A stretch of DNA of 64,000 nt from a virus. The position numbers were made by a program, and so were the translations under genes. Each line of letters begins with the position of its first letter. Position 1 is the first letter of the stretch. This document shows positions 10,674 to 19,319 of the stretch, piece after piece. The stretch is from the IMG/VR virus record IMGVR_UViG_3300044846_004119, positions 96,001-160,000 of that record. One strand, given 5' to 3'. Below the pieces are notes generated by a model. The model made no database searches, was not told the origin of the DNA, and saw only the letters and a list, made by a program, of their open reading frames with translations.

Positions 10674-11012
10674 ATGGCAATTTTAATTTGGTTAATCGCC
10701 GCTTATGGAATGAGTAACATACTTGTGTACAGTTCCATATTCGCAGGAATGAGAGAGTTCTTCAAAAAATGGGGAAGTAATAAATTAGTACCTTTACACG
10801 GGATTGGACAATTCATATCGGATTTACTATCTTGTATGATGTGTACTAGTACATGGGTTGGATTTTTCTTCTCATTATGTTATTACTCACCATCACATGA
10901 ATTGATTGGTACAAATATTACATCATTCTTTTTTGATGGTATGATAGCCTCAGGATTTGTATGGGGGATAAATGCAATAATAGAATGGTTCGAAGAGAAT
11001 CGACCTAAATAA
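10674..11012 (+). CDS. Membrane protein, DUF1360-like
   Basis: Three hydrophobic segments, LLSCMMCTSTWVG (CxxC-x-S-x-W). Confidence 0.55.
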   Translation: MAILIWLIAAYGMSNILVYSSIFAGMREFFKKWGSNKLVPLHGIGQFISDLLSCMMCTSTWVGFFFSLCYYSPSHELIGTNITSFFFDGMIASGFVWGINAIIEWFEENRPK

Positions 11013-11034
11013 TTTATAAATAAAAAACAAAAAA

Positions 11035-11304
11035 ATGGGAAAAAAAGCAAAAGAACACAGAAAAAAAACTCAAGCGAGAAACGTAAAAATTAAGGGAGAA
11101 CAAAAAAAAATGCAAAAACTTTACCAAGACATGTTCAGTAAACAATTAACTGACTTAGAATCTAAATTTTCCGGCGAAACAGAAAATTTAACTGTTAAAG
11201 TTGGAGATGTTGAGGTACCTTTTGAGGTGGTGAATAACCCAATTGAAAATATCCTTGAACAAAAACAAGTTGAAAAAATAGAAATTTCTGATTTAGAAAA
11301 ATAA
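11035..11304 (+). CDS. Hypothetical protein with basic N-terminus
   Basis: 89-aa ORF in operon. Confidence 0.55.
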   Translation: MGKKAKEHRKKTQARNVKIKGEQKKMQKLYQDMFSKQLTDLESKFSGETENLTVKVGDVEVPFEVVNNPIENILEQKQVEKIEISDLEK

Positions 11305-11308
11305 TAGA

Positions 11309-13681
11309 ATGGATTTATTTAATCCACCAATAGAATTTAATTATAAAATAATGAATAGTGAATTAGAGTTTGAAACTTTTGATAATCCATATGTACAAGT
11401 TGTATGGGATGATTATGCTGAAAATTTTACTCAAGAAAAGATTAAAAGTGTTAGACATTATTTCCAAAAAAAATACAATACGACTAATGTAAATGTTATT
11501 ACTAAGACTAAGGCTAGTGATGATGTCACTCATACTGTTGACATATCTTTTAATATCTTGGACAAGAATTATCAGTCTGAATTAGTTAAAACATATCTAA
11601 CATCTAAATCTTTAGAGAAGTATTTTGATGAGGTAATTCATCTTGATGGGATTGTTGATAATAAATTATTGGTTAATAACAGTGAAGTTACCCCATTTAA
11701 ACGATGGTTCATTAAGAACATTGAGTTCTCAAATTTCCTTTCATATGGTGAGAATCAGAAATTGGATTTTGAAAAATGTGATGGGATTACCGTAGTTGAG
11801 TCTAACCCACCAAATTTTGGAGGTAAAACAGTTTTAACTGTGGATTTATTATTGTTCTTATTCTTTAATGAGACTACTAAAACATCCAAAGCCGAAGAGG
11901 TCTTCAATCGATTCACCGATAAGAATAAAGTATCCGTTAAAGGAGAAATCATTATCGATGGTGATGAATATATAATTGTTAGACATATTGAAAGAAAAAA
12001 ATCTAAGGCGGGAGAGTGGAATGTTAAAACTGAATTGGACTTTTTTAAAAAGTTGTCTGACGGTAGTTTACAAAACTTTACAGGAGAACAAAGACGAGAA
12101 ACAGAGGCGTTCATTAAAACTTCCATTGGGTCTAAAGAAGATTTCTTAATGACAATCTTAACTACTGCAACTAACTTAGAGGATTTAATTGATTCTAAAC
12201 CAACTGCTAGAGGGCAAGTTTTGTCAAGATTCATGGGGTTAGATTTTCTTAAAAAGAAAGAAGAGGAGGGAAAGGAAATCTACAGTGATTTCTCAAAATC
12301 AATGATGTCTAACATTTATAGTAGTGAAAAGTTAAAAACCGATAATGAAGATTATAATTCTAAAATAGTTGGGTTTAATGAAGAGAACCAACAACTCCAA
12401 AAAGATTTAATTAATGTTCAGGAGAGAATCATTAAAGGTCAGGAATACAAAGATAATTTGTTAAAGAGTAAACATAATGACATTGATAAAGAAATCAGTT
12501 TACTTTCCCCTGATAAAGTAATTTTGGATATAACAACTCTTAAAAGTCAAAGACAAGGTGTTGAAAAACAATTTTCCGAAATAAAAGTTGTTGAACCATC
12601 ATCTTTTTATCATGAGGATGAACATGATAAAGTTAAAGAAGACTACAATGAGGAGTATAAGAAAAAAGTTGAGGTTGACCATAAAATAAAAACTATTGAG
12701 GATTTGAAGAGTTCTGTTGATGGCGGAATTAAATGTGAACATTGTGGAATTAATTTAATGATGGCATCAATTACCCAATCTAAAATTGCCGAACTTGATG
12801 GTTATATTAAGCATAAAGACCAAATTTCGGAGTTAATGCAGGTTTTATTAGGCAAAGAACAAAGTTTCGTACAACTTAAAAAAGAGTTTGATGAGTATGA
12901 AAAAAACAAACTAATAAAAGAAAAATACGAACTTAGTATTGAATCGTTTGATTTAAAAATTAAAAGACTCCAAGAGAAGTTAACAAAATATAATGAGTTA
13001 CAGGATAAGATAACATCCAACGAAAAAATTGAAACCCAATTAATTAAAGCGGGTTTACGTTTAGATGACCTTGATGTTGAAAAAAGTAACACAACAAAAA
13101 AAATAAACAGTAACGATTATCAAATCCAAACGTATAAAGATAAGATTGAACAAAATTTAAAAACAATTGTTAAGATTGGTGAAGAGGCGGAACGAGAAAA
13201 AATCTACAAAATTTATTTGGAAATATATGGTAAAAACGGAGTATCAAAAATGATTATGAAAACGATGATGCCGTTAATCAATTCTGAATTACAAAGGTTG
13301 TTGGAGAATAGTTCTCATTTCAGATTGGAAGTTAATATTAATGATAAGAACGAAGTTGAGTTCCTGATGATTGATAACAATACTCAGGTAGAAAAACTTA
13401 TGGCCTCAGGTTCAGGTTACGAAAGAACAATCGCCTCTTTAGCGTTAAGAGCTGTATTAAGTAAAATTTGTTCATTACCTAAACCAAATATTGTGGTATT
13501 TGATGAAGTCTTTGGTAAAATATCTAACGATAACTTGGATATGGTTTCCGAGTTCTTTACAAAGATTAAAGAATATTTTGAAAAAATATTTGTTATAACA
13601 CATAACCCATTGGTGACCAACTGGTCTGATAATGTGGTTAAGATTAGGAAGGAAGAAAATATTAGTTTTGTGTCACAATAA
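11309..13681 (+). CDS. Rad50/SbcC-like ABC ATPase with N-terminal extension
   Basis: NFLSYG, variant Walker A SNPPNFGGKT, coiled coils with CEHC zinc hook, signature-like SGSGYE, Walker B VVFDE, VITH. Confidence 0.85.
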   Translation: MDLFNPPIEFNYKIMNSELEFETFDNPYVQVVWDDYAENFTQEKIKSVRHYFQKKYNTTNVNVITKTKASDDVTHTVDISFNILDKNYQSELVKTYLTSKSLEKYFDEVIHLDGIVDNKLLVNNSEVTPFKRWFIKNIEFSNFLSYGENQKLDFEKCDGITVVESNPPNFGGKTVLTVDLLLFLFFNETTKTSKAEEVFNRFTDKNKVSVKGEIIIDGDEYIIVRHIERKKSKAGEWNVKTELDFFKKLSDGSLQNFTGEQRRETEAFIKTSIGSKEDFLMTILTTATNLEDLIDSKPTARGQVLSRFMGLDFLKKKEEEGKEIYSDFSKSMMSNIYSSEKLKTDNEDYNSKIVGFNEENQQLQKDLINVQERIIKGQEYKDNLLKSKHNDIDKEISLLSPDKVILDITTLKSQRQGVEKQFSEIKVVEPSSFYHEDEHDKVKEDYNEEYKKKVEVDHKIKTIEDLKSSVDGGIKCEHCGINLMMASITQSKIAELDGYIKHKDQISELMQVLLGKEQSFVQLKKEFDEYEKNKLIKEKYELSIESFDLKIKRLQEKLTKYNELQDKITSNEKIETQLIKAGLRLDDLDVEKSNTTKKINSNDYQIQTYKDKIEQNLKTIVKIGEEAEREKIYKIYLEIYGKNGVSKMIMKTMMPLINSELQRLLENSSHFRLEVNINDKNEVEFLMIDNNTQVEKLMASGSGYERTIASLALRAVLSKICSLPKPNIVVFDEVFGKISNDNLDMVSEFFTKIKEYFEKIFVITHNPLVTNWSDNVVKIRKEENISFVSQ

Positions 13682-13712
13682 TTTGATATTAACTAAATAA
13701 TTTGTAATTTTG
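13682..13712 (+). promoter_or_regulatory. Bacteroidota-type housekeeping promoter
   Basis: TTTG(13682-85), 19-nt spacer, TAATTTTG(13705-12) matches TTTG/TAnnTTTG. Confidence 0.65.
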
Positions 13713-13724
13713 TAAAAAAAACAT

Positions 13725-14279
13725 ATGAATGATAGATTAACTAGTTATATTTTATTTGTCTTTGCTAAACACGATGAACAGGAAGAGTTTATAACATCGT
13801 TAGCTGAGGAACTATCGGTCATATCCGATTCATTAAATATAAAATTTTATTATGGGCCCGAATCTGGTATATTTACTTTTGATACCAAAGATGATTTCTC
13901 GGTTATTAAAGAATATATGGATATAATGTTTTGTGAAAGTAAAATTGTTTATATGTTGTTACCATATGACCATGACAAAATATCAGTTGGTTTTTCGGAT
14001 GATATTTATAACCACTTATTTACACAAAATGTTGGTAAAAATATATCAAGTTTTGAATCTGAGTCGCAAAAAACGTTAAGTGAAGAATTAAAAAGTAGAG
14101 TTGATTTATTTTTTGATAAGATAATTGACGATGAGGACGATGATGAGGATGAGATTAAAAAAATTAAATCTAAACTTTCAGTTCCTTCTTTAGATGACTT
14201 ACTTGATAAAATAAATGATAAAGGCCTTGTATCATTAACAAAAAAAGAACTATCTTTGCTAAAACAATACTCTAAATAA
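13725..14279 (+). CDS. Hypothetical protein with C-terminal DUF6576-like helical module
   Basis: C-terminus SLDDLLDKINDKGLVSLTKKELSLLK resembles the module at the end of Bacteroidota rhomboid-like proteins. Confidence 0.5.
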   Translation: MNDRLTSYILFVFAKHDEQEEFITSLAEELSVISDSLNIKFYYGPESGIFTFDTKDDFSVIKEYMDIMFCESKIVYMLLPYDHDKISVGFSDDIYNHLFTQNVGKNISSFESESQKTLSEELKSRVDLFFDKIIDDEDDDEDEIKKIKSKLSVPSLDDLLDKINDKGLVSLTKKELSLLKQYSK

Positions 14280-14284
14280 AAAAT

Positions 14285-15085
14285 ATGAAAGAAAAAAGCT
14301 CATCAATTTCAATTAACCAAGAAGAGATACAAATATATCTTAAGGACATTCGTAAAATAAAAGTTATGACTCCTGAAAGGGAGAGAGAACTTGCAAAGAT
14401 GATAGCTACTGAGGGTATTACCCAAAGAGAAAAAGATGCAATTCACAAAGAACTTTTAGAAGGTAATTTACGTTTTGTAATTACAGTGGCAAAACAATAT
14501 CAAAATCAAGGATTAGATTTTCCTGATTTAATAGCCGAAGGTAATTTAGGGCTAATGAAAGCCATTAATAATTTTGATTGGTCTAAAAACCTTAGATTTA
14601 TTTCTTATGCGGTTTGGTGGGTTAAACAATCAATCTTACAGTCTTTAAATGACAACTCAAGAACAATTAGATTACCTGTTAATGTTGTTCAAGATTTACA
14701 TCGAGCAAAAAAAGAGGTTGAATCTAATGGTGCTCAACTAGATGATAAATTCCAAAGGTTACCATCGATGATTGATTTGGATATGAATATTAACGAAGAT
14801 GGTGATACTTTAATTGATATTATTAAGAATGACCAAGCGGAGATGCCTGATGAGATATTTAATAGTAAGGATATGTTAAAGTCAAAACTATTAAATCTTC
14901 TTGATTTTTTAGATGAAAGAGAAAAAGTGATTATTGAAGATTATTTTGGATTAACAGGGACACCAAGAACTTTAGAGGATATAGGTGGTGATTTTAACTT
15001 AACAAAGGAGAGAGTTCGTCAGATAAAACAAAAGGCTTTAAGGAAAATAAGAAATGAAAGTGATTGTTTATACGATTATATGTAA
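14285..15085 (+). CDS. Sigma70-family RNA polymerase sigma factor, Bacteroidota RpoD-like
   Basis: NLRFVITVAKQYQNQG, DLIAEGNLGLMKA, RFISYAVWWVKQSI, RTIRLP, region 4 TLEDIG...TKERVRQI. Confidence 0.92.
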   Translation: MKEKSSSISINQEEIQIYLKDIRKIKVMTPERERELAKMIATEGITQREKDAIHKELLEGNLRFVITVAKQYQNQGLDFPDLIAEGNLGLMKAINNFDWSKNLRFISYAVWWVKQSILQSLNDNSRTIRLPVNVVQDLHRAKKEVESNGAQLDDKFQRLPSMIDLDMNINEDGDTLIDIIKNDQAEMPDEIFNSKDMLKSKLLNLLDFLDEREKVIIEDYFGLTGTPRTLEDIGGDFNLTKERVRQIKQKALRKIRNESDCLYDYM

Positions 15086-15092
15086 AAAAAAG

Positions 15093-15126
15093 AAAACCTT
15101 CTATTTATTAAGATAGAAGGTTTTTT
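15093..15126 (+). terminator. Intrinsic terminator hairpin overlapping a TATTTAT motif
   Basis: 12-bp stem AAAACCTTCTAT/ATAGAAGGTTTT plus T tail. TATTTAT at 15102-15108. Confidence 0.7.
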
Positions 15127-15151
15127 ACTTTTATAAAAAAAACAAAATATT

Positions 15152-15442
15152 ATGAAAGCAATTTTAAATTTTATTGACACTTGGGGAGTTAGAATCATTA
15201 CATTATTAATATTAATTATCTTTTTTAAAACTTGTTCGACTAATGGAAAAGTTGAAAAAGTTCAAAAAAGTGTAGTGGAGACTAACATTAAAGTAGATTC
15301 ATTATCACTTGAATTACAAAAACAAATTAAGATTGAAGGTCTTAAATCTGAAAAAAGAATGATTCAATCTACTGATAGAAAAATTATGGATGTTAACAGA
15401 CAGACAGAAATTGATAAAGAAATATCTCAACTTGATAAATGA
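15152..15442 (+). CDS. Membrane-anchored coiled-coil protein
   Basis: N-terminal hydrophobic helix ending in IFFKTC. Confidence 0.6.
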   Translation: MKAILNFIDTWGVRIITLLILIIFFKTCSTNGKVEKVQKSVVETNIKVDSLSLELQKQIKIEGLKSEKRMIQSTDRKIMDVNRQTEIDKEISQLDK

Positions 15443-16311
15443 AAATAATTTTTTCATGGATTAAATCCAACCCAATTAGGGCTATGTTTTTATTCCCGAT
15501 TATATTAGTTGGGATTATTTCTATTTCCCACGTAGTCTCTTGGTATGATTTAGCGAATCCACTTAGTTGGGCAATCTACCTATCAATAGCTATAGAGATT
15601 GGCGCTATGACGGCATTGATTGCGGCAACAAATCGAATTAAAGGTGGGGTGTGGTTTATGTTTGGGTTAGTTACTTTTGTACAAATGATTGGTAATATAT
15701 TTTTTTCTTATAAAGAAATTGACTCCAACGGGGAATTATTCAAATCTTGGGTAGAACTTACTGGCCCAATATGGGAAGGTTTAGGTTCTGACATTACAGA
15801 TGTTGTATCATTGAAAAGATGGTTAGCATTTTTAGAAGGTGGTTTATTACCAATAATATCTTTAACCTCATTACATTTTTTCATTAAATACGATGAAGGT
15901 AATAGGACTGTTGTTGAACCTGAAGTGTTTGAAAAAATTGTTGAAGTAATTAAAGAAGATTCAGAGAGGGACACCAATGTCCCTCACAAAGAAGATACCA
16001 TACATGATACTATACATGATGAGATTGAGATTCCTGAAAGTTATTTAACACATCATACCACACATTATACCCCTCAAGTCGAAACAATTGTAGTTGAAAA
16101 AATTGTTGAGGTACCTGTTGAGGTTATTAAAGAAGTGGAGAAAATTGTTGAGGTACTTGTTGAGGTTATTAAAGAAGTACCTGTTGAAGTAATTAGAGAA
16201 GTTGAGGTTATTAAAGAAGTATTTGTTGAGGTTATTAAAGAAGTTGAGGTCACAACAACCACAACAACTGAAGATAATATTAAAAGATTAAGTTATATAA
16301 AACCTGATTAA
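15439..16311 (+). CDS. Multi-pass membrane protein with C-terminal VEVIKEV repeats, holin-like position
   Basis: Four hydrophobic helices, repeat tract, directly upstream of the amidase. Confidence 0.6.
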   Translation: MKIIFSWIKSNPIRAMFLFPIILVGIISISHVVSWYDLANPLSWAIYLSIAIEIGAMTALIAATNRIKGGVWFMFGLVTFVQMIGNIFFSYKEIDSNGELFKSWVELTGPIWEGLGSDITDVVSLKRWLAFLEGGLLPIISLTSLHFFIKYDEGNRTVVEPEVFEKIVEVIKEDSERDTNVPHKEDTIHDTIHDEIEIPESYLTHHTTHYTPQVETIVVEKIVEVPVEVIKEVEKIVEVLVEVIKEVPVEVIREVEVIKEVFVEVIKEVEVTTTTTTEDNIKRLSYIKPD

Positions 16312-16342
16312 GATAACTAAATAAAATTTTAAGTTATATGTT

Positions 16343-16948
16343 ATGTTTGATATAATTAACTACAAAAAATTTAAACCTAAGGGTAAACAAAAGAAAAAAT
16401 ATCAAATAATACTAACCCACACCTCAAGGAACGTTACAGATTATTTAAACTCTATTAAGTATAGATACTCGGGAAATTATCCTAAAATCCCAAACTATAT
16501 TATAACTATGGATGGAAAAGTATTACAACTATTAGACAATACGGAACACACCCAATACTTTGAAGAACCTAATATTAATAGGAATTCAATTATCATTTCA
16601 TTAGAAAATTTAGGATGGTTACAAAAAGAACCGTTAAAAGACTATTACGTTAACTGGATTGGTGATATTTATAAAGGTAATGTGTTTGAGAAAAAATGGA
16701 GAGACTATTTTTTTTGGCAACCTTATACCGATATCCAAGTACAGAATACAAGTATATTGTGTAATATATTGTTTAAAGAAATGTCTATAAAACCAATGAT
16801 TGTTGGGCACAACACAAAAATAAATGGTATTGAAAAATATGAAGGTGTGGTCACTAAAAGTAATTTTGATTTGAATTTTACTGATGTTAGTCCATCTTTT
16901 AATTTTGAAAAATTTTTAAAAAAAATTAATAATGAAAAAAATTGTTAA
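16343..16948 (+). CDS. N-acetylmuramoyl-L-alanine amidase (Amidase_2-like), putative endolysin
   Basis: ILTHTS, NYII..DGK.LQLL, NSIIISLE, IVGHN, DVSP metal-ligand pattern. Confidence 0.65.
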   Translation: MFDIINYKKFKPKGKQKKKYQIILTHTSRNVTDYLNSIKYRYSGNYPKIPNYIITMDGKVLQLLDNTEHTQYFEEPNINRNSIIISLENLGWLQKEPLKDYYVNWIGDIYKGNVFEKKWRDYFFWQPYTDIQVQNTSILCNILFKEMSIKPMIVGHNTKINGIEKYEGVVTKSNFDLNFTDVSPSFNFEKFLKKINNEKNC

Positions 16949-17240
16949 ATTAAATGAATCTGAATTAATAAATTTTATTAAAAAATTTATTGCTGAAGAA
17001 GAATCTGAAGATGATTTTAATGATAATAATTTTACGGTTGAACCTAATGTTAATATGATACCAAGAGAAAAACAACTACAAGGTATGTTTGGTAAATATG
17101 AAGACCAAGTCCCAAATGATGTTTTAAGGTATTTAAGAAAAAATCCACAACTAATTATGAACCGATTAGTTAAAATTTATGGGGATAAATTTTTAGAGTT
17201 TGCCGAAAAAGCTTACATTAAGAACTATAAAATAAAATAA
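16932..17240 (+). CDS. Hypothetical protein with shared N-terminal tag
   Basis: MKKIVKLNESELINFIKKFIAEE. Confidence 0.65.
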   Translation: MKKIVKLNESELINFIKKFIAEEESEDDFNDNNFTVEPNVNMIPREKQLQGMFGKYEDQVPNDVLRYLRKNPQLIMNRLVKIYGDKFLEFAEKAYIKNYKIK

Positions 17241-17262
17241 TATTTAAATTAATTAAAATACA

Positions 17263-17859
17263 ATGAATAATTCGCACGATGAAATTAAAAATTTATTAAA
17301 AGCCTCTAGAAAATTATTAAATAATGAGACTATTAATGAAGATATCCGTAGACAATATGGGGTATTAACCGAACAAGGTGTTGACATGACTGACGATAAT
17401 GTTACTAAAAAACTTAATATTACACAATCTGTTGAAGACGAAATAGATGATAATACAGAATCCTCAAAAGATAAAACACAAGGGTATAGAATATCTGGTG
17501 GTGTATTGGTTTTACATGGTAAAACCCAAACTGAATTAGAATTAACAACTGATGAAAAAACTGCATTCCAAGAAACTATGGATGAGTTTGTTACTGGGGT
17601 TTCTGATTTAGTTGATTTTAATAAGTTAAATGTATTCCCAAACAATGTTGAATGGTCGGGTAAAATAATTGATTTTGATATTGAGTTTTTTTTCACAATT
17701 GGCGAAGAAAATGGAGTTTATATTAATGGACAAATGATTAAGGTAGATGATAAATTTTTAGATATGGTTAATAAATTAAAAACTTTTTATGAAAAGTTTA
17801 AATCAAAATGGGCTAAAATTATGGCATCAAGAAAAAAAACAAAAAAAACCGAAGAATAA
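17263..17859 (+). CDS. Hypothetical protein
   Basis: 198-aa ORF, TATTTAA variant upstream. Confidence 0.65.
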   Translation: MNNSHDEIKNLLKASRKLLNNETINEDIRRQYGVLTEQGVDMTDDNVTKKLNITQSVEDEIDDNTESSKDKTQGYRISGGVLVLHGKTQTELELTTDEKTAFQETMDEFVTGVSDLVDFNKLNVFPNNVEWSGKIIDFDIEFFFTIGEENGVYINGQMIKVDDKFLDMVNKLKTFYEKFKSKWAKIMASRKKTKKTEE

Positions 17860-18200
17860 TGAAAAAATTTTTTAATGAACAAACAATTTTATTATTAATT
17901 ATTGCCGTATTGGCAATTTGGAATATATTCAACACTAACAGTATTAAAACGGATGTTGATTCATATAAAGATAAGATAAAGACAATTCAAGTACAAGTAG
18001 ACTCTGTCCAAACGGTAAATAAAGAAATTGATGGAAAAATTGGTAAAGTTGACAAAAAAATTGTTAATGTTACTAAAGAGATTCATCATATTGATAATAC
18101 AATAACAATAGTAAAAAATAACACAAATGAAAAAATTAATACTGCTGACAATTTTGGCGTTAACGAGCTTGAATTGTTTTTCGCAAACAGGTACCAATAA
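17859..18200 (+). CDS. Type II membrane coiled-coil protein, possibly spanin-like
   Basis: N-terminal TM helix plus heptads, overlaps the next gene by 74 nt. Confidence 0.5.
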   Translation: MKKFFNEQTILLLIIAVLAIWNIFNTNSIKTDVDSYKDKIKTIQVQVDSVQTVNKEIDGKIGKVDKKIVNVTKEIHHIDNTITIVKNNTNEKINTADNFGVNELELFFANRYQ

Positions 18201-18549
18201 AGAATCAGACACCACTAAAGTTGTTTTAACTAAAGAGGTTGCTAAACAAATTGTGAAAGACTTGATTAGGCTAGATGGATGTCAAGAAGAGTTAAAATTA
18301 ACTCAAAATAAAATTATTAAACTTGAAGAAAGAGAAATTCAAAAAGATACAATCATTTCTTTATTGAGAGATAAAGATAAGAATAACCAATTTGTTATTA
18401 CTCAAAAAGATAAACAATTACAAATATCTGACGAGTTATCTAAAAGTTTAGGTAAAGAATTAAAAAGTTCTAAACGTACCACTTCCTTATATAAATTAGG
18501 AACTTTAGTTGGGATTATATCAACATCACTTTTATTAATTATTAAATAA
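18127..18549 (+). CDS. Secreted coiled-coil protein with C-terminal TM helix, possibly spanin partner
   Basis: Signal peptide ending ...CFS/Q, coiled coil, C-terminal hydrophobic helix. Confidence 0.5.
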   Translation: MKKLILLTILALTSLNCFSQTGTNKESDTTKVVLTKEVAKQIVKDLIRLDGCQEELKLTQNKIIKLEEREIQKDTIISLLRDKDKNNQFVITQKDKQLQISDELSKSLGKELKSSKRTTSLYKLGTLVGIISTSLLLIIK

Positions 18550-18550
18550 C

Positions 18551-19282
18551 ATGAAAATTAAAGAAACATATTCTGGTGACCTAAAAACTAAAATGGCGGA
18601 TGAAATGAGTAAAACAGGTGTTTTCTCACAAGGTTCAGACGCGGTCCAAACTGCAAACTCTTTTATTAGAAGTATACCTGAAAGTAAAAACAAAAAAGAA
18701 GAGATTATTCGTAAACCATTAAAGAAAGGTTTTACCAATAAGTTAGTTAGTACTAAAAAAATAACAAAACCTATAGGCAAATTAACTATGGGAATGCCAA
18801 TAATGGGTGAAAAAAAAACAGAATCAACAGAATCAACAGGTTCAGGTTCTGCGGGAGGATTCTCAGAGCCATTATTCTCAACAACTAAAAAAGAAATGGA
18901 AGAAAATACGTTCAAAGCCCCAAAACTAACTATGTTTTCGGATGAAAAACCAAAACTTAAAAAAGTTGAGGCGACAGAAGCTACAGGTTCATCATCTTCA
19001 GGTGCTTATGAAACCAATGCGGCTTGGGCAAAATCCACAAGTAAAAAAGATTGGAGAGGTAAATCTAAACCTCAAATACCTGGAGGTAAGTTCGTCCAAG
19101 TTAAAGAGAAGTGTAAAAAATTCCCATACTGTAATCAAGGAGATATTAAAGCTTTAAAAATATTTGAAAACAATACTGTTAAAAAAGTGATTACAAATAT
19201 TAGTAAAAAACATAACATAAGTGAAAACGTGATTAAAACGATACTATCTTATGAGTATGAAAATAGTAAATCTAACAAATAA
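18551..19282 (+). CDS. Hypothetical protein with two E-[SA]-T-G-S-x-S-x-G motifs
   Basis: TESTGSGSAGG and TEATGSSSSGA, C-terminal CKKFPYC. Confidence 0.65.
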   Translation: MKIKETYSGDLKTKMADEMSKTGVFSQGSDAVQTANSFIRSIPESKNKKEEIIRKPLKKGFTNKLVSTKKITKPIGKLTMGMPIMGEKKTESTESTGSGSAGGFSEPLFSTTKKEMEENTFKAPKLTMFSDEKPKLKKVEATEATGSSSSGAYETNAAWAKSTSKKDWRGKSKPQIPGGKFVQVKEKCKKFPYCNQGDIKALKIFENNTVKKVITNISKKHNISENVIKTILSYEYENSKSNK

Positions 19283-19319
19283 ACTGAAATATTTAGATAT
19301 TTATATTAAAAACAAGAAA

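Noticed and set aside
11309-13681. Intein or intron in the large replication genes
   Set aside because: No splice-junction residues or homing endonuclease motifs. The extra length is coiled coil and the N-terminal extension.
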